The notes beneath the pieces are model-generated. The model ran no database searches. It was not told the origin of the DNA and saw only the letters and a program-made list of their open reading frames with translations. A program made the translations under genes and the position numbers. Shown here piece by piece: positions 9,636 through 18,018 of a stretch of 41,394 nt of DNA. Origin of the DNA: Thermoproteota archaeon. Lineage in GTDB: Archaea > Korarchaeota > Korarchaeia > Korarchaeales > Korarchaeaceae. Location of the stretch: NCBI GenBank assembly GCA_027491435.1, contig JAOZFG010000005.1:1-41394 (forward strand), read 5' to 3'. Within the stretch, counting starts at the first letter, position 1; each line of letters begins with the position of its first letter.

Positions 9636-10828
9636 CTATCAGCCTCCGGCGGGAAGTAATCCAAACTACCATATATTGCAGGGATGTCAGCCACCCTAAC
9701 GTTCCTAACGAGGTGCTCGAACAGCACGGCATTCCTGAAGGAAGGAGTAACTATCCTGAACCTGTAGGGGTTCATTCCTCCCTTGCTGACTATGTATATT
9801 ACCACTTCACCTCTGCCCCCCTCAACTCTAGCCACGGACTCGCCCGCGGGAGCTCTCAGGTTGGCGAAGATTCCGGGGAACTTAACCTCCTTGGTCTCCT
9901 CATAATACTTCTTCAGGTTAGGCGGGAGCATCTTGTAGTACTTCTCAGCGAATATGGGTCCATCAGGCATCTTCTTGAGGACCTGCCTGATTATCTTCAT
10001 GCTCTCCCTTATCTCACCGACCCTCACAAGGAACCTGGCCATAGCATCGCCCTCCTCTCTGGTGATCACGTTGAAGTCTATATCTGGGTAGGCGCAGTAG
10101 GGATCGGCCTTCCTGACGTCATATGGGACTCCTGAAGCCCTGAGGTTGGGCCCTGTGATCCCCAGCCTTATAGCGTCCTCCTTCTTTAGCACTCCCACCC
10201 CTTCCAGCCTGGCCCTGACCACGGGGTTCCTGACGTAGAGCTTGTCGTAGTCCTCGAGCCTCCTCTCTATGTACCTAAGCACCTTCTCCACCTTATCGGG
10301 GAAGTCGGGGGGCATGTCCCTCCTGACCCCTCCAGGTATTATGTAGGAGTAGGTTATCCTGGCCCCAGTCAGCTCTTGGGCTAGATGTATTAGGGGTTCC
10401 CTATCCCCGAAGGCCCACATGAAAGCGGTGGAAGAGCCTATCATCACTCCGTGTATCCCTATGCCGTAGAAGTGGCTGTGAATCCTGTTTATCTCAGCCA
10501 ACAAGGTCCTTAGGTACTGGGCCCTCGGGGGAGGCTCCACTCCCAAGAGCCTCTCCAAGGCCAGCACGTAAGCTAGGTTGTTGGCGGTTGTATCAGCCAG
10601 GGATGGCCTCTCCACCAACGGTATTATCTGGAGGAACTTCTTCACCTCGGCTATTTTCTCAACGGACCTGTGAACGTACCCTAGGTTGGGCCTAAGGCTT
10701 ACGACCACGTCGCCGTCAACTTCGGCTACAAGCCTCATGTGTCCGGAGGCGGGGTGTTGAGGCCCTATCAGGAGCTCCAGGAACCTCCCGTCCTCGGACC
10801 TAGAGATAGTCTCTACGAACTCGCTCAT
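9632..10828 (-). CDS. nuoD: Complex I-like subunit D (crenarchaeal type)
   Basis: GPQHPASGH, GYVHRSVEK, GPNLRASGV, C-terminal SLDYFPPEADR; no NiFe CxxC pairs. Confidence 0.93.
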   Translation of the reverse strand: MSEFVETISRSEDGRFLELLIGPQHPASGHMRLVAEVDGDVVVSLRPNLGYVHRSVEKIAEVKKFLQIIPLVERPSLADTTANNLAYVLALERLLGVEPPPRAQYLRTLLAEINRIHSHFYGIGIHGVMIGSSTAFMWAFGDREPLIHLAQELTGARITYSYIIPGGVRRDMPPDFPDKVEKVLRYIERRLEDYDKLYVRNPVVRARLEGVGVLKKEDAIRLGITGPNLRASGVPYDVRKADPYCAYPDIDFNVITREEGDAMARFLVRVGEIRESMKIIRQVLKKMPDGPIFAEKYYKMLPPNLKKYYEETKEVKFPGIFANLRAPAGESVARVEGGRGEVVIYIVSKGGMNPYRFRIVTPSFRNAVLFEHLVRNVRVADIPAIYGSLDYFPPEADR

Positions 10829-11298
10829 GCGTTAATCCCCTCCGTCTTTATCTTGAACTCCTTCCTGAGAGGAGGTATCCCCTCATAATCGTCAGGTAAC
10901 AGAAGCCTCTCCTTTCTGGGATGTCCCTCGAAGTCTATGCCCATCAGATCGTACTGCTCGTGCTCCAGGTAGAGGACGCTGGGCCATACCTCCAAGAGGC
11001 TTGGGGTCTTGGGGTCGTCGTAAGGCAAGTCAACCCTCAACACCAGGAAGAACCTGGCCAGCTCCAGGTTGGAGTAGGATGAGGCGTGATAAACCACCTC
11101 AAATCTCTCGTTGGGGTAATCTATAGCTGTAACCGACTTGACGTGGTCGAAGCCCAGCCCCTTTAACTTCCTGGCCGCCTCAATTACGTTTTCCCTGTTC
11201 ACCTTGACCTCCACGACGTTGGGTCCCTTCTCCTGCACTTCAACCTCCAAATCCGATAGAGCGTCTTTAACTCGTTGTACGACTTCCTCTAGATCCAT
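10825..11298 (-). CDS. nuoC: Complex I-like subunit C
   Basis: VTAIDY, EHEQYDLMGIDFEGHP, PPLRK. Confidence 0.93.
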   Translation of the reverse strand: MDLEEVVQRVKDALSDLEVEVQEKGPNVVEVKVNRENVIEAARKLKGLGFDHVKSVTAIDYPNERFEVVYHASSYSNLELARFFLVLRVDLPYDDPKTPSLLEVWPSVLYLEHEQYDLMGIDFEGHPRKERLLLPDDYEGIPPLRKEFKIKTEGINA

Positions 11299-11310
11299 CT
11301 ATCATCCCCT

Positions 11311-11829
11311 CTACTTTACCACCTCCATCTCCTCGTACTTCACCAGCTCTCCCTTCCTGATCTTCTTCTGCAACATGATGATGGCCTGAGCTACAGCCTC
11401 TGGCCTGGGCGGACACCCAGGAATGAAGACGGATACAGGTAGTATGTCCATAGGCCTAACTATGTTGTAGCTGTTCCAGAAGATGCCCCCGTCTATGGCA
11501 CAAGCGCCCATAGCTATGACGAACTTGGGCTCCGGCATCTGCTCGTAAACCCAGAGGGCAGCTTTGGCCATCTTCTTAGTGAGGGTCCCCTCTATAAGGA
11601 GAAGGTTACACTGCCTAGATGCGACGAAGGGCAGGAAACCGAACCTCTCTGCGTCATACTTAGGCGCCGAGGTGGCCGCGAACTCAGCCCCACAACAGGC
11701 GGTGGTGAAGTGGACGGGCCACAGGGAGAAAGATATCCCCCAGTCCCTTATGTCCCTTATGGGCCTCTTATTTACTAGCCACACAGCCGCCTTCCTAGCC
11801 GCTTTCTCCAGGTTACCTACCCACATCAT
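11311..11829 (-). CDS. nuoB: Complex I-like subunit B (N2 cluster)
   Basis: TACCGAE, MGACA, PGCPPRPE; start set at ATG 11829 downstream of nuoA stop. Confidence 0.95.
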   Translation of the reverse strand: MMWVGNLEKAARKAAVWLVNKRPIRDIRDWGISFSLWPVHFTTACCGAEFAATSAPKYDAERFGFLPFVASRQCNLLLIEGTLTKKMAKAALWVYEQMPEPKFVIAMGACAIDGGIFWNSYNIVRPMDILPVSVFIPGCPPRPEAVAQAIIMLQKKIRKGELVKYEEMEVVK

Positions 11830-11834
11830 TCCTT

Positions 11835-12218
11835 TTAATCCGCAGACCATAACTCCAACCTCCTCGCGGAAGATAGACCGAAAATCAGAGGGGGTATCAG
11901 GACGCCCAGGATGGCAGCAAACAGGGCGGAGACGAATAGGGTATGTACGTGAGCCCCTAGGAGGAATAGGAAGCTGAAGATCATTATGGGTTCGATGGTC
12001 AGGAAGATTATCAGGTAGGGGTAGTACTGCATCATGAACCAGCCCCTGGCCCTCCCCTTAGGAGGGTTGGCGCACTCGTACCTTTCCCTCTTTTTGGGCA
12101 ATTCTTTAGACGGTGAAACCAGTTTTCCGAGTAACAGCCCTATAATTCCCAGCCCTACCCCTATGGCCAAGCCTACAACGAACGTAAGGAAAACCGTCCA
12201 GCCCGCGGTCGCCGACAT
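11835..12218 (-). CDS. nuoA: Complex I-like subunit A
   Basis: RYECANPP, YYPYLIIFLTIEP; 3 TM helices; first gene of the operon. Confidence 0.92.
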   Translation of the reverse strand: MSATAGWTVFLTFVVGLAIGVGLGIIGLLLGKLVSPSKELPKKRERYECANPPKGRARGWFMMQYYPYLIIFLTIEPIMIFSFLFLLGAHVHTLFVSALFAAILGVLIPPLIFGLSSARRLELWSAD

Positions 12219-12539
12219 ACCTTAAAGCCCCAAGGGGACGAAAGTAGGAATACTAAAAACTTTGTCAGATTAAATGGTGTGACCCTCCTATATAGGGTCT
12301 TCATGTTAACCAATAAAGGCCATCTCTTATGAAAAATTACCTAAATCACCGCAAGGTAAGCTTTGTCAAGCGTCTAAAGGAAGCCTCCTTGAAGTTAGAC
12401 CGGCCTATTTTATGTAAAAGTTATTTAGATAGAGTTCCGACAGTAGGATTCAGGAGCTCGGGGTATCCCAGACACTTACGGAAATTGAAAGTTAGTAGCC
12501 GCATAAAACATTTTAATGTTTACGACGTTTGACTTAGGT

Positions 12540-12926
12540 ATGCCAGGGGGAAGCGTCGAGGTTCCCTGCAGGTCAAACGACCGCTTCTGTGCTAAATGCT
12601 GTCTGGATACTAAGATGCCCCTAACAAGGGAGGACATAGAGAGGATAAAGTCCAGAGGTTACCCTGAGTGGTATTTCGTGACTTGGGATGACGTACCCCG
12701 GTTGAGAAACGTGGAGGGGAGATGCGTTTTCCTGGGGGAGGACGGCTCCTGTTCTATTTATGAGGATAGGCCCTTGGGCTGCAGACTCTACCCTCTGGTG
12801 TACGATCCTGAGAGAGGGGTCATTCTAGACGACCTCTGTCCAAGGAGGGGAGAGGCTAGGTATGATGAGAGCGACGTCAAGGCCCTCATATCCCTTATCT
12901 ATGAGGTCTATGGGGGCTCCGTCTGA
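12540..12926 (+). CDS. YkgJ/UPF0153-family CxxCC Fe-S/Zn cluster protein
   Basis: C..C-AK-CC, CVFL, CSIYEDRPLGCRLYP, CP; ATG 12540 preferred over 12516. Confidence 0.85.
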   Translation: MPGGSVEVPCRSNDRFCAKCCLDTKMPLTREDIERIKSRGYPEWYFVTWDDVPRLRNVEGRCVFLGEDGSCSIYEDRPLGCRLYPLVYDPERGVILDDLCPRRGEARYDESDVKALISLIYEVYGGSV

Positions 12927-12937
12927 CCCTCGCTGAG

Positions 12938-12952
12938 GAAAATATTTTATAT
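12938..12952 (+). promoter_or_regulatory. BRE/TATA promoter of tRNA-Asn
   Basis: GAAAATATTTTATAT about 25 nt upstream of the tRNA 5' end. Confidence 0.6.
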
Positions 12953-12974
12953 TGACTTGCTAGCCTATGGTCTA

Positions 12975-13051
12975 GGCGGGGTAGCTTAGCCAGGTAGAGC
13001 GCCCGGCTGTTAACCGGGAGGTCGTGGGTTCGAATCCCACCCCCGCCGCCA
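12975..13051 (+). tRNA. tRNA-Asn(GTT), intronless, CCA encoded
   Basis: Acceptor GGCGGGG/CCCCGCC, anticodon arm CCCGG-CTGTTAA-CCGGG, T arm GTGGG-TTCGAAT-CCCAC, discriminator G then CCA. Confidence 0.97.
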
Positions 13052-13097
13052 CCAGTTCTAGGTTTTTAAGGGTCAGAGGGTCAAATTATTGATGCGT

Positions 13098-14288
13098 ATG
13101 AGCAGGGCGGACAAATTCTACGTAGTTTCTGGTGAGGAGATTAAGGCTGGCAAGGTAGTTGACGTCTACTTCGAGAGGACCATGCAGATACTGAAGGCCA
13201 AGGGATTACAGGATAAAAGGGTAGTCATGGAGGTAGCCGCCAGGTCGTTGTCCAAGGGAAGCTGGGGAATACTCGCTGGGGTTGAAGAGGTCATCAGGCT
13301 TCTAGAAGGAAGGAACGTAAACGTTTACTCATTAGAGGACGGGAGCCTGTTGAGGCCAAAGATACCTGTAATGAGAATTGAAGGCCCTTACGGCGAGTTT
13401 GGGGAGCTAGAAACGTCCATTTTAGGCTTCCTTTGCAGCATGTCAGGAGTGGCGAGCATGTCCGCCAGGGTGAAGTTCGCCGCAGGCGACAAGCCCGTGG
13501 TTAACTTCGGGATAAGGAGGAACCACCCGGCAATAAGCCTGGCTATAGAGAGGGCCAGCTTGATAGGCGGCGTCGACGGCTCGTCCGGCATTCTACTCAG
13601 AGAGCTGGGATTCCAGCCGGTGGGTACCATGCCCCACGCCATGATAATAGTGTTTGGGGATCAGATCACTGCCTGGAAGGCCTACGACGAGGTCATGCCT
13701 GAGGACGTCCCCAGGATAGCCCTGGTAGATACATTCTACGACGAGAAGACAGAAGCCCTCATGGCAGCCGAGGCTTTGGGGGAGAGGCTATACGGGGTTA
13801 GGCTGGACACCCCCAAGTCCAGAAGGGGAAACATGTCCGAGATAATAAGGGAGGTCAGGTGGGAACTCGATATAAGGGGCTATAGGCACGTGAAGATATT
13901 CGTGTCCGGTGGCCTAGACGAGTACAGCGTCAAGGAGTTTTCTGAGGCCGGAGCAGACGCCTTCGGGGTCGGCACCTCAATAGTGGGAGCCAAGCCAATA
14001 GACTTCGGCATGGATATAGTTGAGGTGGAGGGCGAGCCCATAGCTAAGAGGGGGATCAAGGCTGGGGCCAAGGACCTCTACTTCTGCGAAGAGGACCTAA
14101 CTTACGAAGTTGTCCCCAAGGGGGCGAAGCCCCCCAGATGCCCTAGGTGTGGGAGGGAGATGAAGCTAGCCTACAAGAAGTTCTTGGACAAGGGCAAGAT
14201 AACGGAAGGGTTCAGGGATCTTAAGGAAATAAATGAGAGGACCAAGGCGCTCCTGAAGAAGTTGAGGGAGCTAGGAGAGGACCTCTGA
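13098..14288 (+). CDS. pncB: Nicotinate phosphoribosyltransferase (archaeal type, C-terminal Zn ribbon)
   Basis: DVYFERT, FGIRRNHP, GTMPHA, LVDTF, GVRLDTP, VSGGLD, FGVGT, AKRG; start 13089-13098 uncertain. Confidence 0.9.
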   Translation: MSRADKFYVVSGEEIKAGKVVDVYFERTMQILKAKGLQDKRVVMEVAARSLSKGSWGILAGVEEVIRLLEGRNVNVYSLEDGSLLRPKIPVMRIEGPYGEFGELETSILGFLCSMSGVASMSARVKFAAGDKPVVNFGIRRNHPAISLAIERASLIGGVDGSSGILLRELGFQPVGTMPHAMIIVFGDQITAWKAYDEVMPEDVPRIALVDTFYDEKTEALMAAEALGERLYGVRLDTPKSRRGNMSEIIREVRWELDIRGYRHVKIFVSGGLDEYSVKEFSEAGADAFGVGTSIVGAKPIDFGMDIVEVEGEPIAKRGIKAGAKDLYFCEEDLTYEVVPKGAKPPRCPRCGREMKLAYKKFLDKGKITEGFRDLKEINERTKALLKKLRELGEDL

Positions 14289-16202
14289 CCTCTGATCCGG
14301 GGGGAGCATTTCCTCCCAGTACCTTTTCAGAAACTCTTCCAAGGTCATGGACCCCAGGTTGCCCTTGCCCTTCTGCCTCACGGAGACCGTGCCTGAGCTC
14401 ACCTCTTTATCCCCTATTATTAGAGTTAGAGGTATCTTCTGGAGCTCGCTCTCCCTTATCCTGTACCCCAAAGTGCCGCTCTCCACGTCCAAGTCGGCCC
14501 TCACCCCCTTTCTCACCAGCTCATTCAGGACCTCTTGGGCCTTGGCAAGGTGCCTCTCTGAGACCGGGAGCACCCTAACTTGAATTGGGGCCAGCCAGAG
14601 CGGGAAGTTGCCGGCGTAATGTTCGAGGAGTATACCGAAAAACCTCTCTATTGAACCTAAAAGGGCCCTGTGTATCATAACCGCTGTTTTCTCGCTTCCA
14701 TCGGCGTCCACGTAAGTTACGTTAAACCTCTTCGGCAAGTTAAAGTCCAGCTGAATAGTGCTCAACTGCCACTCCCTGCCTATCGAGTCCACGAGCTTTA
14801 CGTCTATTTTAGGTCCATAGAATGCTGCCTCTCCCTCCATCACCTCATAACTGTACCCCCTCTTCTTTAAAGCCTCCTCTAGCGCCGATTGAGCCCTGTG
14901 CCAGTCCTCCTCGGAGCCCATGTACTCCTCAGGGTGATTCGGGTCCCAGGTCGATATCTCAACCTTGAACTCGTCGAAGCCGAAGGACTTCATCAGGTAT
15001 TCATCTAGCTCTATCACCTTGGATATCTCCTCCTCCAGCTTCTCCGGGGTTGTGAATATGTGGGCATCATCCTGTGTAAACCCTCTAGCCCTGAGAAGGC
15101 CGTGTAGTACTCCAGACCTCTCAAACCTGTACACGGTCCCCAGTTCGAAGAATCGGAGGGGCAACTCTCTGTAACTCCTCTTCTTGGACTTGTAGACGAG
15201 TATGTGAAACGGGCAGTTCATGGGCTTGACTGCATGCTCTATACCGTCCTTCTCGAAAACGTACATGAACTCTCTGTAATAGTTGAGGTGTCCTGATATC
15301 TTCCAGAGGTTCGTGTAGGCTATGTGGGGGGAATAAATTAGCTCGTATCCCCACTTAAGGTGAACCCTCACCAGGAAGTCCTCTATTATCCTCCTTATCC
15401 TCGCCCCCTTAGGGTGCCAGATCACCAGTCCTGGGCCTATAACCTCTGAGGGCATTGAGAACAAGTCAAGCTGGGGGCCTACTACCCTGTGATCTCTCTT
15501 TTTAGCCTCCTCCCTCCTCTTCAAGTACTGATCAAGCATCTCCTTCTCTGGGAAGGAGATTCCGTAGACTCTCTGCATCACAGGGTTCCTCTCGTCTCCC
15601 TTCCAGTATGAGGAAGAGGAGTAAAGTACCTTGATGTGCTTCACGTAGCCTGTAGAGGGCAGGTGAGGACCTCTGCACAGATCAACGAACTCCCCCTGCT
15701 GGTAAAGGGAAACTACGGGTTCCTGCATCTCCTGGAGGAGTTCCACCTTGTATACCTCTCCCATTTTGGAGAATAGCTCTATGGCCTCCTGCCTGCTGAC
15801 CTCCTTCCTTATTATTAGCAGGTCCTCTTTGATTATCCTCCTCATCTCATCCTCTATCCTCTGTAGATCATCCGGCGTAAACGATCTACCTTCCATGTCG
15901 AATTCGTAAAAGAACCCCTCCTCTATCGCTGGACCTATGCCCAGTTTAGCCCTTGGGAAAAGCCTCTTCACCGCCTGGGCCAGTATGTGGGAGGAGGTGT
16001 GCCAGTAGGTCTCCCTGCCCTCAGGCGAGTTAAAGTCAAGCACCTTTATCTCGGAGGCCCCTTCAGGCACCTCGCTGCTCAGGTCCACCAGCCTGCCGTC
16101 AACCTTAGCGACCAGCCCCTTTCCCCTGGGAACGTAGTCGATAATCCTTGATCCAGGCTCGACTGTGAGGACTTTTCCGTCCGGGAGAATCAGCTTTGGC
16201 AT
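14271..16202 (-). CDS. thrS: Threonine--tRNA ligase, bacterial type with TGS and tRNA_SAD editing domain
   Basis: HTSSH, DLCRGPH, KPMNCPFH, RGFTQDDAH, GEAAFYGPK, MIHRALLGSIERF; ATG 16202 follows GGAGGTGA. Confidence 0.97.
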   Translation of the reverse strand: MPKLILPDGKVLTVEPGSRIIDYVPRGKGLVAKVDGRLVDLSSEVPEGASEIKVLDFNSPEGRETYWHTSSHILAQAVKRLFPRAKLGIGPAIEEGFFYEFDMEGRSFTPDDLQRIEDEMRRIIKEDLLIIRKEVSRQEAIELFSKMGEVYKVELLQEMQEPVVSLYQQGEFVDLCRGPHLPSTGYVKHIKVLYSSSSYWKGDERNPVMQRVYGISFPEKEMLDQYLKRREEAKKRDHRVVGPQLDLFSMPSEVIGPGLVIWHPKGARIRRIIEDFLVRVHLKWGYELIYSPHIAYTNLWKISGHLNYYREFMYVFEKDGIEHAVKPMNCPFHILVYKSKKRSYRELPLRFFELGTVYRFERSGVLHGLLRARGFTQDDAHIFTTPEKLEEEISKVIELDEYLMKSFGFDEFKVEISTWDPNHPEEYMGSEEDWHRAQSALEEALKKRGYSYEVMEGEAAFYGPKIDVKLVDSIGREWQLSTIQLDFNLPKRFNVTYVDADGSEKTAVMIHRALLGSIERFFGILLEHYAGNFPLWLAPIQVRVLPVSERHLAKAQEVLNELVRKGVRADLDVESGTLGYRIRESELQKIPLTLIIGDKEVSSGTVSVRQKGKGNLGSMTLEEFLKRYWEEMLPPDQRSEVLS

Positions 16203-16300
16203 GGAGTCACCTCCTACAGAAGGAGGGTCACCAGAGGAGTTGGGTTTCTCGATCCCTCCTCGTGAGATCACCCCGAGGCCTCACACCTCCTACTTATAAG
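16203..16300 (-). promoter_or_regulatory. thrS TATA box (CTTATAAG) and structured ~70-nt 5' leader
   Basis: TATA at 16293-16300; complementary segments GAGGAG/CTCCTC and CCTCCT/AGGAGG, the latter covering the RBS. Confidence 0.5.
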
Positions 16301-16311
16301 GTTTGCTCGCA

Positions 16312-17277
16312 TTAAGCCTCTTTCTCAATCCTGGCGCCTTCCTCAGCCACCTTAGCGATGAAGTACCTCCCTGCCTTCCTGGAGAGAACCTCTTTTAGGG
16401 AGGAGGGATCCTCGTGCAGTATGACAGCACATCCACCCCCACCAGCCCCAGAGATCTTGGCCCCTAGGGCCCCGCTCTCCCTAGATGACCAGATTATCTC
16501 CTCGAGTTCTGGGGTGCTCACCCCTAGGGCGTAGAGGAGGCCTTGGTTGAAGTTCATTAAGGCGCCCAGCCTCTTAAGATCCCCCTCAAGCAGGGCCTTC
16601 CGCCCTTGGTAGACCAGCCCCTTTATGGCCGATATAACGTAGTTGAACTGCTCCGGGATTAGTTCCCTGAGGGTGGCCACCTTATTTATCATCTCTTTAG
16701 TCCTGCTGGGTTTATTGGTACAGGCTAAGGCCAAGGGCAGGTCCCTATAGGTTAGCCTCTGAGCGATCATCCCATCGCTGGACCACTCAACCCATATGAC
16801 GCCGCCGAAGACGGCGCAAGCGGGCCCTGTTTTGCTAGCCCTTCCGTGTATTATCCTCTCAAATATGTAAACGGCTTCCAAAAGCTCCTGGTCCGTTAGC
16901 TCGTGTCCTAGTAGGTGAGAGACTGCCTTGGAGATCGAAGCTGCCACCGAGGCGGATGACGCCATTCCACTCCCTACAGGGATCTCAGACCTTATATTGA
17001 TCCTCAGGCCCGCCTTTTCCCCCAGCATCGCTAGGAGTTCCCTTATCCCCTGGTCTATTTTCTGTAAGTCCTGATTGGGCGTTATAACCTTATCTCCCTT
17101 CCTGACGTAAGTGCCCAGCTCGGAGTTTATCTCTACGCCTTCCTCAACGAGGGTAACCTCTGAGTATGACCTCACATCTACCCCCAGGGCCAACGCTGGT
17201 GTGCCGTAGAGAACAGCATGCTCACCAAAAAGGAAGGCCTGAGAGGGGGCTGAAGCGGTTACCTTCTTCTTGCTCAT
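16312..17277 (-). CDS. GHMP kinase, mevalonate-kinase-like (catalytic Lys/Asp positions substituted)
   Basis: LFGEHAVLYG, PVGSGMASSAS, GAKISGAGGGG; but APSQ and HGRASKTG at positions normally APGK and HG..SGxD. Confidence 0.8.
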   Translation of the reverse strand: MSKKKVTASAPSQAFLFGEHAVLYGTPALALGVDVRSYSEVTLVEEGVEINSELGTYVRKGDKVITPNQDLQKIDQGIRELLAMLGEKAGLRINIRSEIPVGSGMASSASVAASISKAVSHLLGHELTDQELLEAVYIFERIIHGRASKTGPACAVFGGVIWVEWSSDGMIAQRLTYRDLPLALACTNKPSRTKEMINKVATLRELIPEQFNYVISAIKGLVYQGRKALLEGDLKRLGALMNFNQGLLYALGVSTPELEEIIWSSRESGALGAKISGAGGGGCAVILHEDPSSLKEVLSRKAGRYFIAKVAEEGARIEKEA

Positions 17278-17596
17278 CAGTTGCTCGGTACCTTAAGCAT
17301 GATATAAAATATCCCCCTGATAGCTACAGTCAAGTTAAGGTTGTCATAAGCAGCTTACGATCAAAAAGAGAAACGCTTCATAAACGGCGCCGTTCTAGGA
17401 GGCTTGTCAGAGCCTTTTTAACAAAAACTATCTTATCTAATGTGATAAACATACCTACGTAGTTGAATGCTAGGGTCCTCAAGATAGGGCCTGTGAGCTT
17501 TTATCGGTCAATGGTTGAAAAATTCTCCGATGAGCGCTAAATGCCTTATCCTGATGTTCACCTCAAATTTTATACTATCAACTTCCGCATGGGAGG

Positions 17597-18018
17597 ATGC
17601 TTGACGAGGACGAGTACAAGAGATGGATTGCCATGGCTAAGAAGACCTTAGAGTCCGCGAGGAGGGATTTGGAAGGAGGAGATTATAACTGGGCGTGCTT
17701 CAAGTCTCAACAGTCCGCTGAGTTCGCGGTGAAGGCCATCTTGTGGGGAATAGGAGAGCCTAGATACGGACATGCTGTCTCTAACTGATCACTCACCTAG
17801 AAAATGTACCCGATTACGTAATTGAAGCGTGTAAAAGGCTGGATAAATTCTATACAGCCCCGAGATATGCGGACATGTGGAACGAAGGGTCCCCTTTCGA
17901 GTACTACTCCAAGAAGGAAGCTGAAGAAGCAATTTATTATGCCAGTATCGTTATTGAATTTGTGGAGAGTAAATGGAGATCCTTGAGAGGAGAAGAAGGG
18001 AGAGAAGAAGGAGAATAA
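17597..18018 (+). pseudogene. HEPN domain protein interrupted by a 1-nt frameshift
   Basis: N-half (WACFKSQQSAEFAVK...GHAVS) continues after about 17785 in another frame as LITHLENVP...LDKFYTAPRYAD...EAEEAI..., ending at TAA 18018. Confidence 0.85.

Noticed and set aside
9632-10828. Group 4 NiFe hydrogenase or MBS large subunit
   Set aside because: No N- or C-terminal CxxC and none of the MBS cysteines; motifs fit NuoD
12329-12532. 67-aa ORF upstream of nuoA
   Set aside because: AT-rich promoter DNA, no RBS or motif, overlaps the next gene's promoter
13049-13054. CCACCA at the tRNA 3' end as a degradation tag
   Set aside because: CCACCA tagging is post-transcriptional; the genomic trailer is removed in processing and a 3-nt match is likely chance
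16203-16271. 23-aa N-terminal extension of ThrRS from GTG 16271
   Set aside because: Low-complexity peptide; a strong SD precedes ATG 16202 where the TGS domain starts (not fully excluded)
17786-17788. TGA readthrough/selenocysteine in the HEPN gene
   Set aside because: The same frame hits TAG a few codons later; similarity continues in a different frame
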